Positions 1 to 8,176 of a DNA stretch of 64,000 nucleotides are shown piece by piece. The notes under the pieces were generated by a model. That model saw nothing but the letters and a program-made list of their open reading frames with translations. It was not told the origin of the DNA and did no database searches. Where the stretch lies: IMG/VR virus record IMGVR_UViG_3300031993_000012, positions 32,001 through 96,000 of that record; one strand, written 5' to 3'. How positions within the stretch are numbered: position 1 is the first letter of the stretch; each line of letters starts with the position of its first letter. The position numbers were made by a program, and so were the translations under genes. This stretch comes from a virus. Its lineage: Duplodnaviria > Caudoviricetes.

Positions 1-1
1 T

Positions 2-469
2 GATGATGGTGAATATCATGTTATTCACGCCAGTGAACTTAACAGATATATCAAAAATAATGGTTTGAATCCGTTACAAAAGAACATCAATAATTGTATT
101 GATGCTGACATAAAAGATTTCATCGACTATTATGAAGAATTAATAGCCATTATAAGAAGATACATGCCGGTTGATGAACCGACTGCTGCAAATGATACCG
201 AAAATGAATGGTATGTGGAATTCGTTCACTTACCATATTACATGTGTTCATCACTATCTAAATCATGTTTAATTGATGATGAGGATTATGATAACGGCGA
301 ATTCTTCAAATTTGTATTTGAATATGGATATAACGAAATGTCAAGGATTGTAATCAAATCATACAATAATGGTGAGACTAAGGGCCTCAAAGTTGATGAA
401 TACACAGTATCACCTGGCACAACAGTACCCATCGCTATATTCGAAGCACTTCGTGAGGCGTGTGAATAA
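2..469 (+). CDS. hypothetical phage protein (5' truncated by window edge)
   Basis: Frame is open from position 2 to TAA at 469, which overlaps the next ATG (TAATG). Confidence 0.7.
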   Translation, partial: DDGEYHVIHASELNRYIKNNGLNPLQKNINNCIDADIKDFIDYYEELIAIIRRYMPVDEPTAANDTENEWYVEFVHLPYYMCSSLSKSCLIDDEDYDNGEFFKFVFEYGYNEMSRIVIKSYNNGETKGLKVDEYTVSPGTTVPIAIFEALREACE

Positions 470-855
470 TGTTAGTTAAACACGCTATCATGTTGGCAGA
501 TTTTTCGCCAGACTATACACCATCTCAATTCCGAGAAAAGATTCTTGGAACAAACGCCACAGATGTTTACATTGGATTTACATCAATGGCTGATTTATTA
601 CAACGCAAACGACCAAAGGCAACATTAAAATGTATCGAAGAAATTGATAGATTTTACATTGCAACAATAGATATTCCAAAGAGGTATATCAAATTATACA
701 ATAAATTCAAAGAAGAAAAACCCGTATTATATATCCATCCGGTGTATCGTGCATCGGATGGAATTATATACCGTCATCCCGATCAATATTGGGTCGAGAT
801 GTGGTTAATGAACGGATTCTATGTTGATGAACCATTTAAAGGAGGTGAAAGTTGA
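469..855 (+). CDS. hypothetical protein
   Basis: 128-aa ORF coupled to both neighbours. Confidence 0.75.
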   Translation: MLVKHAIMLADFSPDYTPSQFREKILGTNATDVYIGFTSMADLLQRKRPKATLKCIEEIDRFYIATIDIPKRYIKLYNKFKEEKPVLYIHPVYRASDGIIYRHPDQYWVEMWLMNGFYVDEPFKGGES

Positions 856-1094
856 TGTACACCATTGAGGTATCATGGGGTGAGAAACGTGAATGCGTTT
901 TTAATCCTATACAGGAAGAAACAATCTGGGGAGTGATTCTCAGATTGCAAACATTGTGGAATGCTAATACATCCACATTAAATTTCTCCACAAAGATAAT
1001 GGAGAATGATAAAATTATTTATGATGGACCTCTCAATCAGTTTGTGATTGATGGTTTCCGTTATGATGTCATTAAGGAGATGATGAAAAAATGA
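852..1094 (+). CDS. hypothetical protein
   Basis: RBS AAGGAGGTGA; ATGA overlap with next gene. Confidence 0.75.
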   Translation: MMYTIEVSWGEKRECVFNPIQEETIWGVILRLQTLWNANTSTLNFSTKIMENDKIIYDGPLNQFVIDGFRYDVIKEMMKK

Positions 1095-3031
1095 ATAAGC
1101 TTGAAGTATTAACAATCGTAAAAGATTGGATACATGATTTGTCATATATTAATATGGAGACCGATGTTGAACATATTATGGATACTGATGGAGATACATT
1201 TAAAGTATATTATATTTCATCAGAATTCATAATTTCGATTACGTGGCTCGCACACAGTGAGTCTATCACCATTCTTATCAATCACCAATTTATCGCATCC
1301 ATTGAAAATAATGGTGAAATAGTTTATGATGAATCATACTACGAAGAAAAGCTTAAACCATTGGTTCAGTTTGATATTCGTTCTCTGATCAGCAGACTGA
1401 AACACCCACCGACGAAAGAATTCAAAGCATTCTGTAAAGGTGTTGAAGAATGGTTATCCCATTTGAATAATTCAACATTCAAATGGTATTGGTATTCTCC
1501 AACAGTGAATTCAATCGGTAAATGTTATAAAGTTAATGTTGGACCATTCGAGCGTTTATTCCATATCGAAAACTGTGATGGTGGAATTATACTGGATATC
1601 AATTATAATCAGACAATCAAATATATCGATGGTTTGGTAACAGTATTGCCTAAATCAGTAATTAAACCATTTACGTTTGAAGAAATATCACATTTACGTG
1701 ATACGATATTTTCCAGCATGCATAATGAGGAAAACAATCTCAAAATTATACGTATTGAGGAAATATTAAAACAGTGGTTATCGGATATGTCAATGACATA
1801 TACACGTAATGGTGAACATGCATATATTGCATGTATAACACAGCGTGGTTTACACCCATCTACGCACGCTCATATCGGCGTTAGTGTTCATGAGCAGAAT
1901 CCATGTATTTGGTTGTACAACACAACCAACCGCATTATTACATTCGATCCGGATAATAATTGGGAACCGGATATGTTAACTACATATTCTAATCATTATC
2001 CATTCTCTCATACTAATCTTACGAAACTCATGGCAATGTATGTTAAAGAATTTTGTGGTATTGATTATGAATTCCGCAATACAATATTTAATACAATTGA
2101 GCAGTTTTTAAAACGCAGATATCATGGGAGAATTGCGTTATCAAAAAACAATATCAAACATGTTAGATGGAATTTCCGTGGTAAAATCTTTGAATTCGTT
2201 TGGGTTCATGACAGATGGAGAGTATCTACTACCAATTTAGGTGTACACGTTCGAATCTCTGATATTTATCCATCTGGTGATATCAATATGGGTTCATGTA
2301 TAGGCTCAGAAGAAAAAGGTCTTATCAATGAAATCCGTGAAGCCATTAAACCAGTACCGGATTCCACGGATGAAGATTTACTGGAATCTATCAGTAAAGA
2401 ATACAGAACAATCACTGATGTACTGACTGATGATTTCAAGAAGAAAGTCAAGGAACGTAATACTGTAATTAATTCCAGTGATATTAATAATGTCATTAAC
2501 GTTATTAATGCTGGTGACATCCAGGAATTTCCTAGTAAAATTGAAGTTGCTGAGTCTATATTCCATCATAGACCTATAGATGAAATCAGAAAAGAGTTCA
2601 ATGATGCAGTTCATTCAATTAAACCGGAAACACTCTGGTTTGATTCAATGACTGATGTTATTGAAAATATTAAAAAGCAGGAGGAAAAAGAAATGCTTAT
2701 TGACGAAACATTGGCTGTTAAAATTGTTAAACAGCGGGGAGGTATGTATATACCGGAAATCAAACACGTACTCTTTAATGAGACAAAGCTTGTTACTACC
2801 GTAATATTTACGGATGGTGACAGAGTCACATCCAAATGCTGTGATGAAAATGTATTCGATCCCGAAATGGGATTCGCAATGTGCATCATGAAGAAGCTTT
2901 ATGGTAATCGCACACGTTTCCAGAAGGAAATCAAGAAATATCACAACGCAGGTATTCATCGGAATATCAAAATCGCAGAAAAAGCAGCGCGTAAAGAAAA
3001 AGAAAAAGAAGAAAACGACGCTGAAATATAA
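1091..3031 (+). CDS. large hypothetical protein with conserved phage C-terminal domain
   Basis: 646 aa; C-terminal IKHVLFN..VTTVIFTDGD..SKC....FDPEMGFAMCIMKK resembles a domain common in Bacillota phage proteins. Confidence 0.8.
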   Translation: MNKLEVLTIVKDWIHDLSYINMETDVEHIMDTDGDTFKVYYISSEFIISITWLAHSESITILINHQFIASIENNGEIVYDESYYEEKLKPLVQFDIRSLISRLKHPPTKEFKAFCKGVEEWLSHLNNSTFKWYWYSPTVNSIGKCYKVNVGPFERLFHIENCDGGIILDINYNQTIKYIDGLVTVLPKSVIKPFTFEEISHLRDTIFSSMHNEENNLKIIRIEEILKQWLSDMSMTYTRNGEHAYIACITQRGLHPSTHAHIGVSVHEQNPCIWLYNTTNRIITFDPDNNWEPDMLTTYSNHYPFSHTNLTKLMAMYVKEFCGIDYEFRNTIFNTIEQFLKRRYHGRIALSKNNIKHVRWNFRGKIFEFVWVHDRWRVSTTNLGVHVRISDIYPSGDINMGSCIGSEEKGLINEIREAIKPVPDSTDEDLLESISKEYRTITDVLTDDFKKKVKERNTVINSSDINNVINVINAGDIQEFPSKIEVAESIFHHRPIDEIRKEFNDAVHSIKPETLWFDSMTDVIENIKKQEEKEMLIDETLAVKIVKQRGGMYIPEIKHVLFNETKLVTTVIFTDGDRVTSKCCDENVFDPEMGFAMCIMKKLYGNRTRFQKEIKKYHNAGIHRNIKIAEKAARKEKEKEENDAEI

Positions 3032-3116
3032 AAAGGCAAAAGAAGTAACATATAATTACATCAATTAGAGATTGACGAACCTGTCAACTGAATGTTCAAT
3101 GTATAATTGATGACAT

Positions 3117-3199
3117 TACCGTTTGGCGACATACACAATCACTCATGTCGTTTCGATGAGTGTCAGACAGCAATCAATGTGTATGTTCGCCGACGGGTA
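3117..3199 (+). ncRNA. putative structured small RNA with internal hairpin + ACAGCAAT
   Basis: Long closing stem TACCGTTTGGCGACATACACA / TGTGTATGTTCGCCGACGGGTA enclosing CACTCAT-loop-ATGAGTG followed by TCAGACAGCAAT. Confidence 0.5.
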
Positions 3200-3204
3200 T
3201 TTGT

Positions 3205-3285
3205 GGATGTGTGGCGGAATGGCAGACGCGCTGGTCTCAAGTACCAGTTCCGAAAGGAGTGAGGTTTCGAGTACCTCCACATCTA
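3205..3285 (+). tRNA. tRNA-Leu(CAA)
   Basis: GGATGTG/CACATCT acceptor, CTGGT-CTCAAGT-ACCAG anticodon arm, long variable arm, GAGGT-TTCGAGT-ACCTC T arm; no encoded CCA. Confidence 0.9.
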
Positions 3286-3393
3286 TTACTGGGGTTACGT
3301 TTATATTACGGCTTCTGACTTTGCGGTTCATTGCGTAACTCCAGATCACCCCTAAAACCCGGGTAGCCTTTGCGTATCTACCCGGGCAAAAAA

Positions 3394-3507
3394 CGACGGA
3401 TAACTCAGTAGGTAGAGTACGTAAAGGAATCTAGATTTAGATTCGTACAGCAATCAGCTTGCATTCTAAGCACGGTGTCGTAGGTTCGAGTCCTACTCCG
3501 TCGACCA
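3394..3507 (+). ncRNA. tRNA-like gene with 38-nt insertion in anticodon stem (TCT/Arg anticodon if removed)
   Basis: Perfect acceptor CGACGGA/TCCGTCG+ACCA, D and T arms; insert 3423-3460 splits CGT|GC; residual arm CGTGC-ATTCTAA-GCACG. Confidence 0.75.
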
Positions 3508-3508
3508 A

Positions 3509-3608
3509 TGGTCATGATGGGTAATTCCCCATCTTGTATTTAAGATGGTAACAGCAATCATCGGTGAATAAATGACGTTCGAATCGTAAATATTATTCAT
3601 CATGACCA
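3509..3608 (+). ncRNA. tRNA-mimic-like RNA with hairpin-ACAGCAAT module
   Basis: TGGTCATGATG/CATCATGACCA closing stem ending in CCA, CCATCTT/AAGATGG hairpin + TAACAGCAAT, T-loop-like ACG-TTCGAAT-CGT. Confidence 0.55.
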
Positions 3609-3614
3609 ATCTAT

Positions 3615-3722
3615 GCGGATATTAGCTCAATTGGATAGAGCGTACGGCCATAAGGAATCTAGATTTAGATTCGTACAGCAATAACACCATAAGGTTATCA
3701 GTTCGAATCTGATATATCCGCG
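3615..3722 (+). ncRNA. tRNA-Arg-like body with anticodon loop replaced by the hairpin-ACAGCA module
   Basis: GCGGATAT/ATATCCGC stem, GCTC-AATTGGATA-GAGC D arm, ATCAG-TTCGAAT-CTGAT T arm; 39-nt loop containing AAGGAATCTAGATTTAGATTCGTACAGCAAT. Confidence 0.7.
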
Positions 3723-3726
3723 AATC

Positions 3727-3835
3727 AAACCCATTAGCCGCATAGTTTAGAATAGGTTAAAACGCTGAATATAATCTGAGCATACTAGGACTATTCGGAA
3801 AAGGTTGTTCGAATCGACCTGGGGTTAATGAGTTT
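3727..3835 (+). ncRNA. degenerate tRNA-like RNA with enlarged anticodon arm
   Basis: D arm GTTT-AGAATAGGTTA-AAAC, CTGAATA/TATTCGG stem with 20-nt loop, GGTTG-TTCGAAT-CGACC T arm, extended closing stem. Confidence 0.55.
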
Positions 3836-3843
3836 AATCATAT

Positions 3844-3960
3844 GAAGGTGTTAGTTTAGTTGGTTAAAACGCGTTAAGGAATCTAGTGATAGATTCGTAC
3901 AGCATATTATTTGCATATGGCGCACGAGACACATGTTCAAATCATGTACACCTTCTTCCA
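3844..3960 (+). ncRNA. tRNA-His-like gene with 38-nt insertion in anticodon stem (ATG anticodon if removed)
   Basis: 8-bp GAAGGTGT/ACACCTTC acceptor (G-1:C73-like); insert 3875-3912 splits CGT|GC; residual arm CGTGC-ATATGGC-GCACG. Confidence 0.7.
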
Positions 3961-3963
3961 GAT

Positions 3964-4570
3964 GTGACATTAGCGCAGTCGGTAGCGCATTCGCTTTAAA
4001 GGAGAAATAATATGGAATTATCAACACATGCTAAAGGAGTTGTAACAGAATTAGCTGTACAACAAGCATTCATTAAACATGGATTCGGCGTATCAGTCCC
4101 AGTGTTACCCACTTCTAGATATGACATGATTGCTGATATTGATAGCAATTTATTCAAAGTCCAAATTAAAACAGCTAAGAAACTTCCAAATTCAGATGCC
4201 TTTATGATCAGAACGAAATCAACTAGAACACATCGATACGGTGTATCCGTTGTTAAATATACAGCGGATGAAATTGATATGTTTGCTACATGTTATAATG
4301 GTGATGTCTATGTTGTTCCACAATATTTAGCACAAGGAACTGAATTCATTTTTAGAAATTCATCAGCGAGTAACCAGAAAGTTGGTATTCATTTTGCATC
4401 TGATTTTAAGTTGGATAATGTTGTTGAAAAATGGAGAAATCAATCATTATCATTCAACAATAACCAACTTTATTTGAATAATAATGTATTATGATTATAT
4501 GATATTATTCAAATATAATAATTATCCTTTAAAGCGTGGGTCGTGGATTCGAGTTCCACATGTCACACCA
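3964..4570 (+). tRNA. tRNA gene interrupted in its anticodon loop by an endonuclease ORF
   Basis: 5' half GTGACAT-TA-GCGC-AGTCGGTA-GCGC-A-TTCGC (3964-3994); 3' half GCGTG-GGTC-GTGGA-TTCGAGT-TCCAC-ATGTCAC-ACCA (4534-4570); acceptor halves perfectly complementary. Confidence 0.8.
4012..4494 (+). CDS. PD-(D/E)XK endonuclease, PDDEXK_5 / I-Ssp6803I-like homing endonuclease family
   Basis: KG..TE...F.K.G..VS.P.....RYD.I.D......VQIKT pattern; RBS AAAGGAGA. Confidence 0.8.
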   Translation: MELSTHAKGVVTELAVQQAFIKHGFGVSVPVLPTSRYDMIADIDSNLFKVQIKTAKKLPNSDAFMIRTKSTRTHRYGVSVVKYTADEIDMFATCYNGDVYVVPQYLAQGTEFIFRNSSASNQKVGIHFASDFKLDNVVEKWRNQSLSFNNNQLYLNNNVL

Positions 4571-4726
4571 TTGCGGTCTTCAGACAGCCGCAACAATTCC
4601 TAATCACGGCTGGCACTTATACATCCCTTCGTGTCAGCCACATATGTAACCAATGAGCTTGTCCATCTCAGAGGTTGCACCTCAATTGACAGCGATATCC
4701 ACGCCGCTGTTACATATCCTTTCATT

Positions 4727-4754
4727 TACGGCAGCTCCTTCGGGAGCTGCTGTA
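4727..4754 (+). terminator. stable UUCG hairpin closing the RNA island
   Basis: TACGGCAGCTCC-TTCG-GGAGCTGCTGTA; no clear U-tract, so it could be a processing or stability hairpin. Confidence 0.45.
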
Positions 4755-4782
4755 GTACCATTTATCTTTAGGAGGAATTTTT

Positions 4783-5523
4783 ATGTTACCCGAAATAATC
4801 AATTATGCTGATGAGAAAACTCACGAATTTCGTAAATCCATTGTCAGTGGTAAACCAAAAACAATATTGGTTATACATGATGATGACAGATCGAAATATC
4901 TTGGATTGTTTGCTATGTTAAGCGGCAATAAATGTGAGATAATAAACAATTCAACCGCAATGTATCATATATCCCACGACGTTATATTTGACGATGGTAT
5001 ATCAATTGATGATATTACATTCAATATATTTGATAAAGGTAATCTTTCTGAAACTCATGTCAGAATGGTAAAAATGCCAGATGATATATTAAATGAAACC
5101 ATCAGAGATATTGCATTAGGTAAAATAACCGAAGCTCCATTAGTAGTAAGCTTGTTGACGATGTATGAAAAATGTAATGGTACGGAATATATGACCAAAG
5201 TATACACAGATGTCAGATGCGATGATAAAACTGTCGATTTATATCATGATAATCATTATAATGTCACATCAAATTCAGAGAGAATCAAATCTACGGATCC
5301 TTATGATCAGATGGAAACAGCCATGATATTTAAAAACTATTTATCATATGGATTGACTGTGTGGTATATATTCCAAAAGGTCATTGGTGATGATGAATTA
5401 AAACAGTTCGTCACCAAATGCAAATGTAAACACAAATATTGTGGTAAAGAAATAACTGTTACTAAATATTCAATAGCATGTCAGAAATTGATACTTCATT
5501 TGGCTGAACGTATGAAAAAATAA
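4783..5523 (+). CDS. hypothetical protein
   Basis: 246 aa, RBS AGGAGG; followed by hairpin ATCCCCAGA/TCTGGGGAT + T run. Confidence 0.8.
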   Translation: MLPEIINYADEKTHEFRKSIVSGKPKTILVIHDDDRSKYLGLFAMLSGNKCEIINNSTAMYHISHDVIFDDGISIDDITFNIFDKGNLSETHVRMVKMPDDILNETIRDIALGKITEAPLVVSLLTMYEKCNGTEYMTKVYTDVRCDDKTVDLYHDNHYNVTSNSERIKSTDPYDQMETAMIFKNYLSYGLTVWYIFQKVIGDDELKQFVTKCKCKHKYCGKEITVTKYSIACQKLILHLAERMKK

Positions 5524-5602
5524 TATGATATCCCCAGATAATTCTGGGGATATATTTTTTGTGTAATATGAACATTAGAGTATAAAAACATTACATGAAT
5601 GA

Positions 5603-5677
5603 TTCCGTATCGCCAAGGGGTTAAGGCAGATGTCTTTGAAGCATCTATCGCTCGTTCGATCCGAGCTACGGAAACCA
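5603..5677 (+). tRNA. tRNA-Gln(UUG)
   Basis: TTCCGTA/TACGGAA+ACCA, GATGT-CTTTGAA-GCATC anticodon arm, GCTCG-TTCGATC-CGAGC T arm. Confidence 0.92.
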
Positions 5678-5919
5678 AAGGAAGTTTACTTCCAAACAGA
5701 TGTGAGGTTCACGTTTTCACATTTGTCTCCTTAACTTTTAGCCATGTGGATACTAGTTGCCACCTTCTCTGGTATCCACGCGCTTCTTTTGTTCTATATC
5801 CTACTTCTAATTTTAGCCCGGGTTATTCCCGGGCATCTATTTTTTTCAAATTCCATATTTATATTATTTAATTGGATTCTATGAACGTAGAATCAAAAAT
5901 ATATCGGAGGTATAAAAAT

Positions 5920-5994
5920 ATGTTTGCAAAATTAATCGAATTCATTAGAGGTATCGTATCATTCCTGAGCGGAATGTTATTTGCCATCAGATAA
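5920..5994 (+). CDS. 24-aa amphipathic peptide (not in ORF track)
   Basis: MFAKLIEFIRGIVSFLSGMLFAIR; RBS GGAGGT; stop overlaps RBS of next gene. Confidence 0.55.
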   Translation: MFAKLIEFIRGIVSFLSGMLFAIR

Positions 5995-6007
5995 GGAGGA
6001 ACATAAA

Positions 6008-6748
6008 ATGGAAATATTATTAGATAACAAAAGTATCGCTGAAAAGATTGCATATGTAGATGCAGTGGAGCGCGTTGCATTGTGTAGTAATCAGTATGTA
6101 TATACTGCATTTCATAATGTAATTGTCACCGATAATGTTGAATTTGATGTAGATTTCTACATAGGAGATCCACGAGAGGTAGATTGGGATTATACTCAGC
6201 TCGATGAAGAAACCGTTAGATTTAAATTCGACGAATCTGACATTAAACTTCTTAAGGAATGCCATAATAGTAAAGAGCTTAATCAGGTGGTTCACAAAAT
6301 TCTTATATCGTGTATCGAGAAGCTTAACAAAGAACTGAGTGATCTAATCGGTGCTGGATATGTTGATTTTCAAACAATGATCTACTATAATAACTATACG
6401 AATGTAATCAGAAGCTGGAAGAATCTTAGAATTGATTCAGGGTGGCAAATCAAAAAACCTAACAATTATGGTGCAACAGATAGCGTTAAACAGGGTGACT
6501 CTGATTGGGGTGTACTCCAATTTATATGGGGAACTGCTGTTTATAAATTTGGAGATTATGGTACATCTCCTAGAGTCGGATGGATAGATATCAAAGAACA
6601 TCCAGAATTCTATGAATGGATAGATGCTGTATGTTTCGATGACATCAGTAATAACATATCCGTGAAGACAAAAGAATTGACTAATGAATTCAGAAAGGTG
6701 GTGAAGAATATTGGGGCCGTCAGTCCTGAAGACAATCGTGCAACTTGA
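6008..6748 (+). CDS. hypothetical protein
   Basis: Start reassigned to ATG 6008 after AAGGAGGA. Confidence 0.8.
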   Translation: MEILLDNKSIAEKIAYVDAVERVALCSNQYVYTAFHNVIVTDNVEFDVDFYIGDPREVDWDYTQLDEETVRFKFDESDIKLLKECHNSKELNQVVHKILISCIEKLNKELSDLIGAGYVDFQTMIYYNNYTNVIRSWKNLRIDSGWQIKKPNNYGATDSVKQGDSDWGVLQFIWGTAVYKFGDYGTSPRVGWIDIKEHPEFYEWIDAVCFDDISNNISVKTKELTNEFRKVVKNIGAVSPEDNRAT

Positions 6749-6845
6749 TGTTCGATCAACTATTGATATGATTGTTGTCGCATTTTGTATGCTGATGATT
6801 ATCCGGTATGGTCAATATCGGAAGAAGAAAAGGAGTAAAAAGTAA
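6711..6845 (+). CDS. putative 44-aa small membrane protein (not in ORF track)
   Basis: TTG start after AAAGGTGGTGA; hydrophobic MIVVAFCMLMII then RKKKRSKK; TAATG coupling to 6845. Confidence 0.4.
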   Translation: MGPSVLKTIVQLDVRSTIDMIVVAFCMLMIIRYGQYRKKKRSKK

Positions 6846-7306
6846 TGGAAGACAAAATATATATTCATTATGGATCAGATCATTTTGACCCAGAATTATT
6901 TAAAGAAGCGGAATATGAATCTGAGTTCGATTTTAAACCCTATAAAGGTGGATTATGGGCATCAGAGGACACGGATGATGAGTCATATCATTCTTGGCGA
7001 GAATGGTGTGAAATAGAATGTTTTGAACTTTATAGGTTAGAAACATCTTTCCGTTTCAAACTTGCGGAACATCAGAAACCATTCGTAGTTAAAGATGATT
7101 CTATTATTGAAACTAAATATTGTGGTTATTGCAACCCATACAATATTCATCGATTTTCTCGGTTACATCTGAATTTAGATGAACTCAAACGTGATGGATA
7201 TACTCATATTGAGTTTCATAAAAATTCATGGACACACTGGGCTTTCTATAGCTGGGATTGCGATTGTATATTAATATTGGACCCAACGGTAATAGTCCCA
7301 GTGTGA
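6845..7306 (+). CDS. conserved-looking phage hypothetical protein
   Basis: YIHYG...KP.KGGLWAS...WREWC...WDCDCILIL motifs; RBS AAGGAG. Confidence 0.8.
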   Translation: MEDKIYIHYGSDHFDPELFKEAEYESEFDFKPYKGGLWASEDTDDESYHSWREWCEIECFELYRLETSFRFKLAEHQKPFVVKDDSIIETKYCGYCNPYNIHRFSRLHLNLDELKRDGYTHIEFHKNSWTHWAFYSWDCDCILILDPTVIVPV

Positions 7307-7322
7307 ATCGAGGTGATGAAGA

Positions 7323-7589
7323 ATGATTATAAATGACATGACAGTCATACCAAAGAAAGATAAAGAAACCGAGTATGACGTTGTTAAGGGACACAAACGG
7401 ACGATAACAATTAAACGACACAACATCGGATTACAATTCGAAGCGGAATTGACATTTGATGAATATTATTGGGTATTCGGTGATCGAAGACCTGAGAAAT
7501 TCAATCTGGCATTCGAATCCGCATTGTATGAATTTATCCGAGAAGAGTTCAAGGAGGACGAAGATGAACAAGTTAAAAATCACGGGTAG
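7323..7589 (+). CDS. hypothetical protein
   Basis: RBS GAGGTGA. Confidence 0.7.
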   Translation: MIINDMTVIPKKDKETEYDVVKGHKRTITIKRHNIGLQFEAELTFDEYYWVFGDRRPEKFNLAFESALYEFIREEFKEDEDEQVKNHG

Positions 7590-7860
7590 TACACCCCTGA
7601 ATTGCACCGGTCTCGTAACAGGAGACTATTACATCATTGATGATGGACATAAAAAGATCGGTCAATTAATATCGGCTACGATTTTGAATATTATATTCAG
7701 AATATATGTTTCGGATAACGTAGTCGTATATGATGAACTGAGAATCCCAACAATTGATTTGATTGACAGTTCTACGATAATCACACACATCGGTGATAAT
7801 TTACCGGTGAATGAGTTGGCTGAAATCCTTTGTGATATACCGAAGGATGAAATGATGTAA
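7564..7860 (+). CDS. hypothetical protein
   Basis: Start reassigned to ATG 7564 after AAGGAGGA. Confidence 0.7.
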   Translation: MNKLKITGSTPLNCTGLVTGDYYIIDDGHKKIGQLISATILNIIFRIYVSDNVVVYDELRIPTIDLIDSSTIITHIGDNLPVNELAEILCDIPKDEMM

Positions 7861-7861
7861 C

Positions 7862-8161
7862 ATGAAACTGTACAATGATTCATCAAACAACAAACAAATC
7901 GCAATCAAAGATATCATATACATGATAACGCAATTGGATAAATTTATCCAATTATATGACAAATGTATATACGAAACTGACGATGAACAACGTCGTGCAA
8001 TTACTAAACTGGAAGACATTGTTCATCTGTTCAAAAAACGCGACTTCGAATATTTGTTCGAAGATAAAATCAATCTGATTGATTGGGATACAACAACATC
8101 AAAATTCACTCCAGATGAAATAAAAGCATGGAGAGAATTCTTCAAAAAGAATCCGTATTGA
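7862..8161 (+). CDS. hypothetical protein
   Basis: 99-aa ORF in operon. Confidence 0.7.
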   Translation: MKLYNDSSNNKQIAIKDIIYMITQLDKFIQLYDKCIYETDDEQRRAITKLEDIVHLFKKRDFEYLFEDKINLIDWDTTTSKFTPDEIKAWREFFKKNPY

Positions 8162-8176
8162 AAGGAATGATAAACA

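Noticed and set aside
3123-3349. ORFs 3123-3338(+) and 3143-3349(-)
   Set aside because: Overlap tRNA-Leu and structured RNA; no RBS
3995-4533. Group I intron in the split tRNA
   Set aside because: Flanks are too short and AT-rich; no P/Q/R/S core seen by eye; needs Infernal to exclude fully
5496-5871. ORFs 5599-5871(+) and 5496-5678(-)
   Set aside because: Overlap tRNA-Gln and terminator hairpins
6845-7306. ADP-ribosyltransferase assignment from HYG...GLWAS
   Set aside because: Motif similarity too weak to call without a profile search
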